From Azolla caroliniana (taxonomy: Eukaryota > Plantae > Polypodiophyta), in NCBI GenBank assembly GCA_043228905.1, contig JBHGNT010000013.1:20026001-20090000 (forward strand): a stretch of 64,000 nucleotides of DNA. Reading direction: 5' to 3'. The notes under the pieces were generated by a model. It saw only the letters and a list, made by a program, of their open reading frames with translations, searched no databases and had not been told where the DNA came from. The first letter of the stretch is position 1. The number at the start of each line of letters is the position of its first letter. Shown here in pieces: positions 25,809 to 37,688 of the stretch. Both the position numbers and the translations under genes were made by a program.

Positions 25809-28800
25809 TCAACAGTCACGTACACAATGAACTAGATCCACTGAGAATTGCCGTAGCTTGTCGAGACCTAGCGCCTTAGTGAAAATATCAACCACTTGCA
25901 TGTTGGTGCCAACGTATTGGAGGTCAATGTCGCCGGCCAATATACGCTCACGGATATAATGATAGTGCACGTCGATGTGCTTAGTCTGGGCGTGAAACAC
26001 CGGATTCTTTGCATGAATTGGCTAAGAAGCCTGATCAGATAGTTGAGGTTTGGTTGGGTGATAGGTAGATAAGACTCCTGATTATTTGGCGATACTGTGT
26101 CGGCTCGCAGAATTTGCCAAAATCTACAGTTAGCTTCATATTTCGATCAAGGGGTGTCGAGATGGACTTACACTCGGTCATTCCGAACTTGTAGAGCAAG
26201 TTCAACACATAGTGTTGTCGTGAGAGTAGGAACCCTTTTGGAGTTTGAATGACCTCGATGCCGAGAAAATAATGTAACTCATTCTCCACCGATGGCAAGG
26301 TCATCGACATACAAGTTATCAGATTTTGACATTCGGAAGCTAATGTCGTGAAGATATGATGTGATCTTTGAATGCCATGCTCTTGGGGCCTGCTTCAGTC
26401 CATAGGGCTTCTTCAATCGGCAAACTGCATGTGGATATTTGTTGATTCGAAGCCAAGTGGTTGCATCATGTAAACTTCCTCCTCGAGCTCACCTTGGAGG
26501 AATGCGTTCTTCACATCCATTTGATGCAAGTGCCACCCTTTCGCTGCTGCGAGTGCAATTACCATCCTCACGGTGGTCATTTTTGCTATCGGGGCAAATG
26601 TTTCCTGATAATCTATGCCATGGGTACCCCTTGGCGACTAGCCGAGCCTTGAACCGCTCAGCAACATGTTCTTCTCATGCAGCATGGTGCGGGCCATCTC
26701 AATAATTGTGCGATTTTCTGTGGTGTGTACGGGAAGAGAATTCCCGGCGAATCCTCTTCTCTTCTAGAAAGGCCTTGAACTCGGTTGAGAAGTATTCTTG
26801 GCCACCATCAGACCGAAAGCATCGAAACTTGCGATTTGTCTCATTTTCCACGCAATTCTTTAACTTGAGAAAGTGGGAGAAGACCTCACTTTTCGACTTC
26901 ATCAGGGATATCCAGGTATACCGCGAATAATCGTCAATGAAGGTAACGAAGTACCTACACCCACCAATTGTCCCTGTTTGAGCAGGGCCCCATATATCTT
27001 AGTGGATGACGTCCAGCAAGCCTTTACTCACATTTCTTTCGCTTAGGAATGGATGCCTATATTGCTTGCCTAGTTGGCACGCCTCACATACATTATCAGG
27101 ATGTTTCGAAGTAAATCGTGGCAATCCGTGCACAGCCCCTTTTATTTGCATTGATCGGAGTTTACCGAGGTTTACATGGCCAACCCTTTTGTGCCACAAC
27201 TCAATATCAGACTCAGCCTTGTGTCCCTTTGCATGCATTGCTGTGTTCGCCTTATCGCATCAAGAATAAACATGCGACCTTCTCTTCTTGCATGAGCAAT
27301 AAGTTGGCCCTTATCCTCGATGAAGCAACCTTCTTGGTTGAATCGTACTTGCATTCCTTGCTCGACAATTTGGCCTGCCGAGACCAAATTCTTTGTGATT
27401 GTCGGGACATGCAGTACATCCTTCATGTAGCCCTTTTTGTCGTGATTGTTAAGGGCCAAATCTCCAATGTGCTCAATCATGTGTGTGGAGTCATCACCGG
27501 TCTCCACCACTCTGGGTCTCTCGGGTCCCCTCAAATTCATGAACCATTCTTGATGACTTGCATGCCATTTGAGGCACTTGAGTCCACGAACCATACATCA
27601 TCAGGTTGGGAAACACTTGTTATCATGCTATTCGCCCGGTGTCGCATAACAAACATCGGCCCTGTGTTTTCTAGGTCAGCCCTTTGTTTGTTTGCTATCG
27701 GGGTGAGGCAGTTGAGTCATTCTTCTTCTTCCGACACTCAGCTTCAAAGTGGCCAGGCTTTCCACAATACCAGCACTCAGTTTGCTGGTTCTGCCTGGTT
27801 GATGTAGGCTCCCCTTTTTGCCGGAATTCCCTCAGCTGTTTCGACCTTCCTGCTGCCTGAAATTAAACTGTTGTGGACGTCGTCCATCTCTTCCTCGGCC
27901 AATCCTCCCCCGATTTCCACGACCATGACCATGACCTCGACCGAGATCATCATGTGTATATAGCATCTGCCTATCAGATGCTGTGCTTTTCAACCATGTA
28001 TGGTTCTCCTCAACCATTAACATGGATTGCAAGTCGAAAAAGCTTGGGGGGTTCTCCCTTGTTGTTATGGCTGTTCGAAATGAGCCATATTTTTGTGCGA
28101 GGCCGCCAAGGCAGATATGCACCATCTTGCCATCATCAACTGCGATATTGATGGAGCCAAGTGAATCGCATAAGTCTTTGATCCGGAGGGTATAGTCCGT
28201 CATGGACATATCCCTCTGCCGAATATTGTTCAACTCTTGCTGGAGTTGAAGTTTTCTCGCAGTTGTTGAAGGTGCGAAAATCTTCTTCAAGTTTTTCCAC
28301 GCTTCTGTTGGGGCTTTTGCATCACAAATATAGCTTAACATGTGATCTTGCACACATGTTGCCAAACAATACATCACCCTAGTGGCGCCTTGCTGCCATG
28401 TGGGGTTGTTGGGATTTATAATATCGGGGGCTGTTTCCTGAGCTCCCTCGATATAACTCCAATACCGTTGCCCAACTAAGTACTGCTGCATCTTATATTC
28501 CCAAGATGCGTAGTTGTGCCTGTCCAACTTCTCTTTTGGAAGTGCGCTACCCATTTATGCATTCATCTCTCTGATTTGGCTTGATTCGTATGCTCCTGTT
28601 AACGTGAGCCTCTTGCCATGCAACACTATAGCGACGATAGCTGGTTTGAAACAGCGTCTCTAGCTGCTCACACAGTTTCAATGGTAGAGCTCAGTGACGG
28701 ATCTTTAACCCTCATGCTCTGATACCATGTAAAGAGTTAGAACTCTAGTAGAGTTGAGTATTCAGAAGCGTAGTGTGTGTGAGAGAGAGAGAGTGCATGT

Positions 28801-29161
28801 ATAAGCAAGAGAAGGAATCAGAGAGAATAACCAGAAAATAAGAAAACACGCAGTAGGGGGATGACAGCTTATGCACTTAAGAGAGCTATATTAATTAACT
28901 AAAGATTATCAACAAAACATAATGGGCAATGGGGGTTTTATATACAAGTCCTCAAGGGACTGCCATATCAAATGTGTTGGTAAAATCAAACCAAGGTATC
29001 CACTTGAGTACGATTTTGTCATAAGAATATCAAATATTCTTTGACCACATTAACACTCGACAACTACACGGATTACAATAAAGTGTGTGAGCACACTTTT
29101 TCACACATTGTCCTTTTCCTCATAAGAACATGTTCACACAAGTTGAGCTTGATTCTCAACA
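25809..29161 (-). mobile_element. Ty1/Copia element, sibling of 16580-18492: 5' LTR, PBS, gag, protease, integrase, heavily deleted RT and RNase H; no 3' LTR seen
   Basis: gag ORF 27832-28554; protease region near 27590; GAG-pre-integrase LWHKRVGH..CEAC; integrase FRSDGGQEY; RT ELHYFLGIEV; RNase H TKHIDVHYHYIRE..DIFTKAL; canonical PBS tggtatcagagc at 28716-28727; LTR 28728-29161. Confidence 0.92.
28728..29161 (-). repeat. Copia 5' LTR (copy 2)
   Basis: TG...CA boundaries, adjacent iMet PBS, strong similarity to 18032-18492. Confidence 0.85.
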
Positions 29162-29930
29162 CTGAAAGAAAGATAGATAGATTAATGCCTTTTTAAAGAC
29201 CAAACCGAAGATTACATCTTAAAATGTTGTCTTGTGTACAAGAAGAAACCAAAATAAATGTCACTGAGTAAATAAGTAAATAAGATCAAACGTGTCTAAA
29301 GAATCTTATTATCGATATCTGCAAGGTCAATCCAAAATGGAGACATCTTCAAGACGAGGGAAGCACTTGTGATGGTGAGAGATAAGGGCCTTTATCTGTC
29401 AATGCCAAGGGTGGTGAGATCGTAGATCAGGATGCGTGGGCTTATGTGCATGACACATTGCTATTGTCCAATCTATATTGTAACCCCTTCCCAGCCCGCT
29501 TATGTAGCCCTTGATTGACTTGTAATATGAGTAGGATGGGGCTGAAGAAAGTTGTGATTGTGTCTTTGATGAATTAATGTGGTTGTATTGTTGTCCTTCA
29601 ACAACTTCTCTCGGTATCGTTCTTATTAGAACAACCCCGGACACCGTTGGTCCTCATTCCATTACCTGGCGTAGTGGGCCAATTCTTTATTAAAAAAGCA
29701 ATGGTATCTCCCTCTTATTTTATAAAAGACAGTGCAACGGTATCTCCCTGATGAGAAATTTGGCAAATTCTGTCTTCTTGAGGTATATCTGCCTATCTCA
29801 ATCTCTAACTGGTGTGAAGAGTTCCATAGCTGACCTATCACTCTCTGCAACATAAGATAGATGTATGTCCATATAAGAGGGCCTGATTATGAATCCATCC
29901 TCTGATGTGCATAAAAGGTGGGCCTTAATA
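29162..29930 (-). mobile_element. RTEX-like LINE 3' portion, minus orientation
   Basis: ORF 29662-29853 (IGQLWNSSHQLEIEIGRY..VFYKIRGRYHCFF) matches the C-terminus encoded at 20915-21502; its tail abuts the LTR end. Confidence 0.85.
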
Positions 29931-32900
29931 GTGAAAGAAATGTATACGTAAATTTCTGAATGGCATTAATGGCCTATGTGACCTGACAAAGAATTGCAAC
30001 CGTTTATCTTAACTCGTCAATTAACAAACAAAAATATCTTTCTACTGTAGTTTGTCAAAAGTAGATGGTTTGATATGTAATCACAGATAAATAACGATCA
30101 AAACTGGTGCCTATGGAAAACTTCATCCTGGTTTTGATTGAATATTGAAAGCTTGGTTTGGAAATTAGGACATCTCTGATGCGGAGAGATGATGGTTTTG
30201 ATCTTTTAAAGATATTTACATCAGAGTTGTGGTCCAGGTTGGTATTGGAGCCGTCCCAAACAAAGCTAGGGCGCTTGTTGTGTATCCTCCAATTCATTAA
30301 TCCACTTTTTCCAGGATATTTTCTTGTAACCAACACATCATTTGTCATTTCCATGCCATGTACTTGTAACCAACCTTTCGATTGTCACAAACACATTGGA
30401 ATCCAAGCTTACATGATTCAGAAGTTCATGGTTCCATTCATTATTCCAACAACCATGCCATTTATTCAGTGTCAGGCATGTTGCTGGAAAGATAAAACAA
30501 AATGAGTGTCATCATCTTATGGATGTTCATTTTTATTGACTTCGGTGTATTGGGTTCAAACAGCCTGTCTGGGCAAGCAGGTACATGGAACTGATGTTGG
30601 CCTCGTCTTGTCTTTGCCTTCCATGCTCACTTTCTTCGATGAGAATGCAACACTTGGTTGTTTGGCCATTTAAACTAATATTCTTGGATTTTTTCTCCAT
30701 CCAAGGCGAATTGGAAATCTGTCAAGTCACTATCTAGCCTGTTCCTGAAAATGTCCTTGCCAACATAATAGTTTAAATTGTGGATTCAATGCAATTTGTT
30801 GTTTGGCCATTTGACTCTTATCGTCTTTGATCTTTTCTCATCGGAGGTGAATTGGGAATCTGTCAGTCAAGTCACGACCTAGCCCATTCCATGACTGATC
30901 ACTTGAGAGCCAGATACCACTGGATTATTTCTAATGTTATAATTTTCTACCATCACAAAGCTCATCCTGCTTCATTTGTTGAAGTCCAGATTGCTGTTCT
31001 TAGCACCCGTGCTTTGGTGTTCTTGATTTTAGTCCTGTTCAGCCTTGCATCGAGGAGGCTTTTGGTACAAGCAGTACATCTCTAAGATGCTTTGGGTTAA
31101 GTGATCTTGTCAATCTTTGAGTGATGTGCATCCGGTGCATCACAAGTTCTATTGTGCTCCTTCAGGGGGAAGCTGCTATAAATGAAAATGTCTCAATTCA
31201 AATATTTTACCAGTCATAGGCAGCAAATCCACAAGGAGATGGATGTCTTCAATTCCTACTAGTTAGTTCGGTGTATCGTAGAGTTTGATCATGATTCACC
31301 TCAATTTGATTATACTGTATAAGTCTATATCAATGGAGCTCACTATGGTAGCATATATTTGCTTTTTTATGTTTGCCTACTACCAGATGGATGTGAACTA
31401 TTTACCCTTTCTTTTTTAATGATGGTGCTGGATTGTGATGTTAGTTTTACAGTGGTTTAAATTCTCTTGGTATTTCTTACAGGGACAACTCTTGGCAATA
31501 GTTTACAACTTTTATACAAAGCTTTTGCATATGCTGCCCATGACATTTAGCTGCAATTTCTCTAGGGTAGAGAAGTTCTATTCGTTGTCGAATGTTGAGG
31601 AGGAACAAAAAGCAAGTGCTTGAAATTTATGACCACCCCAGACTCTGTAAATTTCCTGATGTGAGGCATGTTTGTAAATAGAGAGTTGATTGGACATGTA
31701 AGGAGAGTACGTCAGTTCTCACTGCTTTCATGTTTTGTTCTCGAATCACTAAAATAAATTGGTTCATGTCTAGTTTGGATACTTGGAAGAAGTAAATAAA
31801 GAGTTTCTAACATCTTTCATTTATCCGTTAATTTAACACTTTCTTAACATTTTATTTTCAATTTGTCTTGTTCTTCTCATTTGTAGAATTTAATATAGCC
31901 TTTCTTTTGGTTTATAAGCATTCAATGCTTTATTCTTTTGAGAGTTTTCTGCTAAAAGGCTTTCTATTTTTGTGTAATATCAATAATAAATGCCTTTATA
32001 GCAAGAGAAAAGATACTAATGTCAAATTGAATATTGCTTTGAGAATGGCTATCGAGGGGATGTAAGCCACCTCAATCCAGCTTTAACTAATGTAACTGGC
32101 CCGAGTACAATATAATCAAGGATTCCGTACCCAATTTCTGTGTAGATTATCACTTAAAGACCTTGCAAGCAGTGTAACATTAGTCTTCTTTGTCTCTTTA
32201 TCTTTGTAATCTCTTTTATTGTTAGTCAATTGATTTAATTTCTAATTAATTGGTTTAAAATAATATTGAATTCCCACAAGTATACGTTCTTTTTCCTCTC
32301 TTCTCACATGGTGGAAAACATCAAATGTTTCTTTCTATATATCCATGCACCAAATCAATGGAAATTACTGCCACATTGTAGAATGTTGTATATTATATTT
32401 TTGGAGGGAATACCTAGTTTATTATATTATGTTTCTACTTATATATGCACCAAATGATTTTGGTACGTCTCAAATTTTAACATTTTGGTCCGTACAGTTA
32501 CATTTCACTCAAACCGGGGAATAGATGTATATGATCATGTTGCAGTGTACATCATGCCTCAAAGCTTGAGGTTTTCTGCATGGCTAGCATTTGTGACTAT
32601 GTAAGCCTTTATCCAACATGCAACAACACCCCACATTTTTGTATTCTCCCCCCAAATTGTACCTTTTAGCTTGCCATACCTAGCTAAATATTGGCATCAC
32701 CATCATACCTAACTAGTGAACATCATATAGAGTAGAGTATATATACGAAAATCATTTGTGTATATATTTTCTCCAATAGTATGCCTTGTGCTCATATGTT
32801 TTGGAAGTAACAACCTATGTGAGGTCTTAACCCATGGAAATTTAAGAGTTCGGAAGTATTATAAACTATTTTGTTATGGAGGTATACTCTATGGTATCAT

Positions 32901-33501
32901 AGTCTCTGCCTTATTCCTTTCTAAAGATGTTTCATGTAATACATTACATTAATGATTTACATGTAACATCTTGTCTAGTATCTAACATTTCATCACCAAC
33001 CCCCATGACATTTGTAAAAGGGATACTTTGCAAACTTTCTGGATTGTCTTAATGTGTGCCAACTCTATGATAAAAGTGATCAATACTCTAATACCACTTG
33101 AAACAATTGAATCTTATGAATTTGATTAACAATGAAGTTCCATGATAGAAACCCTAATTTTAAGTTATTGGCACACTCTTTTTATTTGATAGCATTGAGG
33201 CCATGGTTTATAATATTCGCCTCAAAATTATATTGTAAAGACATACACACACATTCTTTTTCTTAGACAATGATATATGATATGAAATAGTGTAAACAAA
33301 TTATAAACACTTTGCCTCAAGAAATACAATTTCATGATATTATTATCATTATATATATTTGGCTAAAATTTAAAAGCATTAAAAATGATACAGACGCTAT
33401 AATTACACGTTTCCTATATATGCATGCCTTTCCGGTTGATGAATTGCATATTTTTCTTCTCTATGTATAACAAAAATTGATGCCTTACTAACAATGTAGG
33501 C

Positions 33502-33532
33502 TTAAGGTTTAGGGTTTAGGGTTTAAGGTTTA
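33502..33532 (+). repeat. Short interstitial telomere-like (TTTAGGG)n
   Basis: ttaaggtttagggtttagggtttaaggttta: two perfect plant telomere units plus degenerate ones. Confidence 0.6.
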
Positions 33533-34502
33533 TGATGATAAAGTCCAATTTGAAGAGCATATTTTCTTGCCCACAACAATTTTTGCGTAGGGAAAGTGAT
33601 GTCCTCGTACCGATATGGGTTGGTTTTAATGACAAAGTTCAAAATCTTAAAATGTTAAACTATTGTTTCATGTTAAGACATAAAATGTAGATCTAGCAAT
33701 GTCAGCTTCATTAGTGTTACGTATCATAAACGTAAGTCTACGTGGAATAAGGCTTCTATGAGGGTACACGACCTTTTCATGAATTCATGAGAACAAAGGG
33801 AAGAAAGAGGAGGAAGGAGATGGGTGTGAAGTAGGTGGAAGATGTGGATGGACATGAGGGGGCGAGGAAGGGATAGGAGGGATTGTTGGAACGTCAACGC
33901 GGACACCACTCCAACAAAGAAGGGAGTTGAGTGGGGCGGATGCTAAGGTGGATGGGATGGGATGGGATACATCAACCTCACACAACATGGAACAATAAAA
34001 GCATGGGGGGGGGGGGGGGGAGTCTAACAAGATGAGGACTAGGGACACATACACACACATAATATATGCTAGCAATAAACATACATACAATCATTCACAT
34101 ACAACATACACACGCATATGTATGCATGCTCGTGTATAAAAGGGGAGTACCCCAAGTGTGTGAGGGGTGTGTTCCTAGCACATTGAGAGAGAGAGAGAGA
34201 GAGAGAAAGAGATTGGGGGGTGTTAAAAGTTAAAAAGGTAGTGACGATGTTGATGTTGCATTCACATAGTAATAATATTATTTATTATTAATGATTACTA
34301 TTACCATTATTAAAGTGTGTTTTGTATTTTAATGGAAGGTATGTGAGCTTATTATTGATGATTTGCTGAGGGCTAAGGAAGCTATTGGATTTTTTTAGCA
34401 TGGAATGGAGGATGAGTAGATTATCTATATCATAAGAGTTACTTAGGGAAGCTCCATCTATCCAATAATCCATATACATAAACATACACACACACAATTT
34501 GG

Positions 34503-36242
34503 ATGATGGTCACACAATATACAACAGCCTTAATGATGATGGTGGTGGTTGTTATGATGGTGTTGGTAATGGCGGCCGTAAGCCAAGTCCTAGATACCGC
34601 TCCGACGCTTCCTCCCTCATTGCCTTCCTTATCCAGCCCACTAAACCATACATCACTCAACAATTTCTGTGCTCGAACCTTGTCGGCCCGTTCTCCCTGC
34701 CCGCCTCCCCCCAACCAGATCCTCGACATCTCCGCCCTCTCCGGCACATACTTTGAAATTGGCTCGACAGCACGTTACAAGCTTCGATACGAGCTTGGCT
34801 TAGGTAATGAGCTTCGCACCGATCTCAATGTAACCCTTCGAGACAATGACACGTCCACGGCCGACATCTCCATCCGATCCACCGGCATCCCGCTCATGTT
34901 CAGCCGGCAACCCCTTCAAGCATTGGCACGCATCGCCAACTCCTCCTCGGCTATCTGCACCAACGCGGCCCGGATGTGCGCCATCACATCCTCCTACAGT
35001 CACCTATGGCATGCTTTGCGCCGCATCTCCTCCGTGGCCCACAAGATCTCGCAGTCCGTGTCCTATGACTTCTCCACCTTAATCGATGCTACCTCCACTG
35101 TCAATGTCTCCATCCAGGCCGTGAATGACCACCTCGATGGCATCTCCCAATCCATGCAGACCATCACCCACATCGCCGCCTGCCTCAGCCAGCAGCCTGC
35201 GGATATCTCTGAAAGAGAATCACAATCCATGCTCTATTCGCTCCGGTCTACCGTGCTCCTGGCTGCCGAGCAAGCGAGCGAGTTCGGTAGGGTAATGATC
35301 AACAACTTGACATATGCCAATGCTCTGGTGACCCAGGTGTCTTCCCATCTCCTATTTAATGCGGTCGACATCCAAGAGGTTTCCGTGAACGCATTGCTCG
35401 TGCTTCTGCAAGAGGCAGTGTCGCTCGTGAACGAGCAAATCAAATCGGTGACAGATCGGGTAAGTAAGATTGCCACTCTCTCCCCTTACCCCCCCATTAA
35501 TGTGTGAGAATCAAAGAGAGGTGTACACATGTGGATTTCTAATACAGTGATGGAAACACACACACACAAACCCTATTTTTTTCTACCAATTTTAATTAAT
35601 GTGTTAGTTGTTCTTTCCACTACATTGCATTATTGGCAGCTGATGAGCATCCAGAATCTACTGGGTGGCATGGGGGGGCCATTGGTGGACATGCTGGATG
35701 CCTCATACAAGAGGTTTGCGCCTGTCAATATTCCGACCACTGGAGGAGGAGAAGACAGTAGTGTCACTGGCAGTACACTTGGAGACACATTAAAGAACCA
35801 AGGACGCCACCACCGCGAGGAACTTGTCACGATCAGTAGTGGCACAGGGGTTGTCGAGAACTCCACTACAAATGGAGTTAATGTTCATGTGGAGCTAAAG
35901 ATGGGGAATGGTAACAAAACTCGTGGTGGTCGGGCATTGAGCAAGTCATACCGGATCATAGCATTGGAGCCATTGGTAAATATGGCAGCCGTGAGACAGT
36001 ACTCCGCGTTGCTTCTCTATTCGTGTGCACCCATCGAAGAAGAAATGCCGAGCAAGAACGAGTTCGTCCTATTATCAAGTACGCAAAATGTGTCCTCGGT
36101 TACGGTCTCGAGGCTATTGGAACTCGCGGCAGCCCAGGGTGTGTACACGGACTGCGATTCCGCATTCGTCCCCACCTTCCACGGGTCCGATAACTGTAAG
36201 ATTTCTGTGGTTCTCCCCTCTCCTTCACCTGGGGCCAGTTAG
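34503..36242 (+). CDS. Putative secreted ApoD-like lipocalin with a large internal helical insertion (519 aa, 2 exons)
   Basis: Exons 34503-35459 and 35640-36242, phase-0 intron GTAAGT...GGCAG. Hydrophobic N-terminal signal peptide. N-half CPPPPNQILDISALSGTYFEI; C-half SYRIIALE..YSALLLYSC..FVLLSS..VSRLLELAAAQG..DNC. Confidence 0.7.
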
Positions 36243-37688
36243 TTAGTTAGTTAGTTATGTAGGTAGGTTTAGTTGGTTACATAGGTAGTTTCACCAAGCC
36301 AAGCCATCCTTTTTTGTTAGATCTCATCTTGTAGTGAAGCTTTCCAAATCAGCATTTTACCAAGCTTGTACCTTTTGCAAACGTACGTACAAATGATGAG
36401 TCTTTTAAGGTATAGAGAATATTTTAACTAAAAAAGTTCTAACAAGCTCCCCTCAAGAGTTGTCCAACAATTGCAGCACCAAAGTTTCAAGTGTATGATC
36501 ATTCCTTGCGGCCCCATGAATATATAACAAACTTTGGCAGTGATTCAATATTTGCTGGTTCCATATTAGTTCATTTATAGACATTGTTGTGGTTGGAACA
36601 TTAAGCTGAAAACACTCTTTATCCTCATACTACATTGTGATTATGATATTATAATAATAGGACACATTAATTATTGGTTGTTATAGTGTGTCACCTTGAA
36701 CTTATATGTGCTACCATAGGTTTACCTTAGTAAATAAAATTTGCAATCATGGTATGTATAGTGATTCAATGGACGTTTTTTGTTAGAAATCATTCATGTG
36801 AGCACAAAGTTGAAACGTTTTCATGGTTATAATACAACAATTGAAGAACATTGTTCTATTAGGGAATAGTTGAAATTTTGCAACACCATTTTACTTGGAA
36901 TAATAATTCAACAATGAAACCTCCCATAACATCACTAAGATAAATTGTCATTTGCTAGAAGGATAATAACGATGGCAATTGATTTTACTACTATACCACA
37001 AATTTACAAGCTCATTAAACAACAACCCATTCATATATTTAAACTACGTAAAATTGTCAATTGCTTGAATGCATGTGACATTAAAGCCTTGACATAATGA
37101 CAACATTCATTTGTTGGGCCCACTAATTATCCTCTTTTGTTAATACATTATCAAGCTACATCTACATATTGCATGAGGCAATGGAAAACCTAGAAGATTC
37201 AAGGAACATGGTTCTCAACCAATGTACACACACACATGTTGTCAATGAGTTATCGATGAGACTAGGATTATTGATAGATAAATTGATTGTATATGAAACT
37301 TCCACTTGAGTAGAGTCATATGTAGGAAGTAATCCCATGTGGACATTCAAGCTTATGTGAATGACCCTCATCATAACTTACAAGTAGAAGAGGATGTGAG
37401 CAAAAAACAATTCATCAAGTTAAATTAGAATAAGATAATCAAATCCAATAAAGAGGGCCATGACGAAACTTTTATGTCATAGGGACATTTTTAAGCTCGG
37501 TTTGCATTTGATCATTGGTGCACTTGATAAAGAAAGGCCATATCTAAAGAATTTAATTGGCGTCATATCCCTTAGACTAAAGTTTATAACATTAATTCTT
37601 ACATGTATCCTTTCCACCAAATTCTAGACATATTTTTATGATTACATGGTGATACTAATTCTACATAATGATGACCTTTTTTTGTGCC

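Noticed and set aside
30500-31400. Possible LTR-element 3' end (purine tract tcagggggaag at about 31162 followed by TG)
   Set aside because: No second LTR or coding motif found to support it.
35460-35639. Treating ORFs 34503-35507 and 35529-36242 as two separate genes
   Set aside because: A canonical phase-0 GT-AG intron joins them in frame, and the lipocalin motifs are divided between them.
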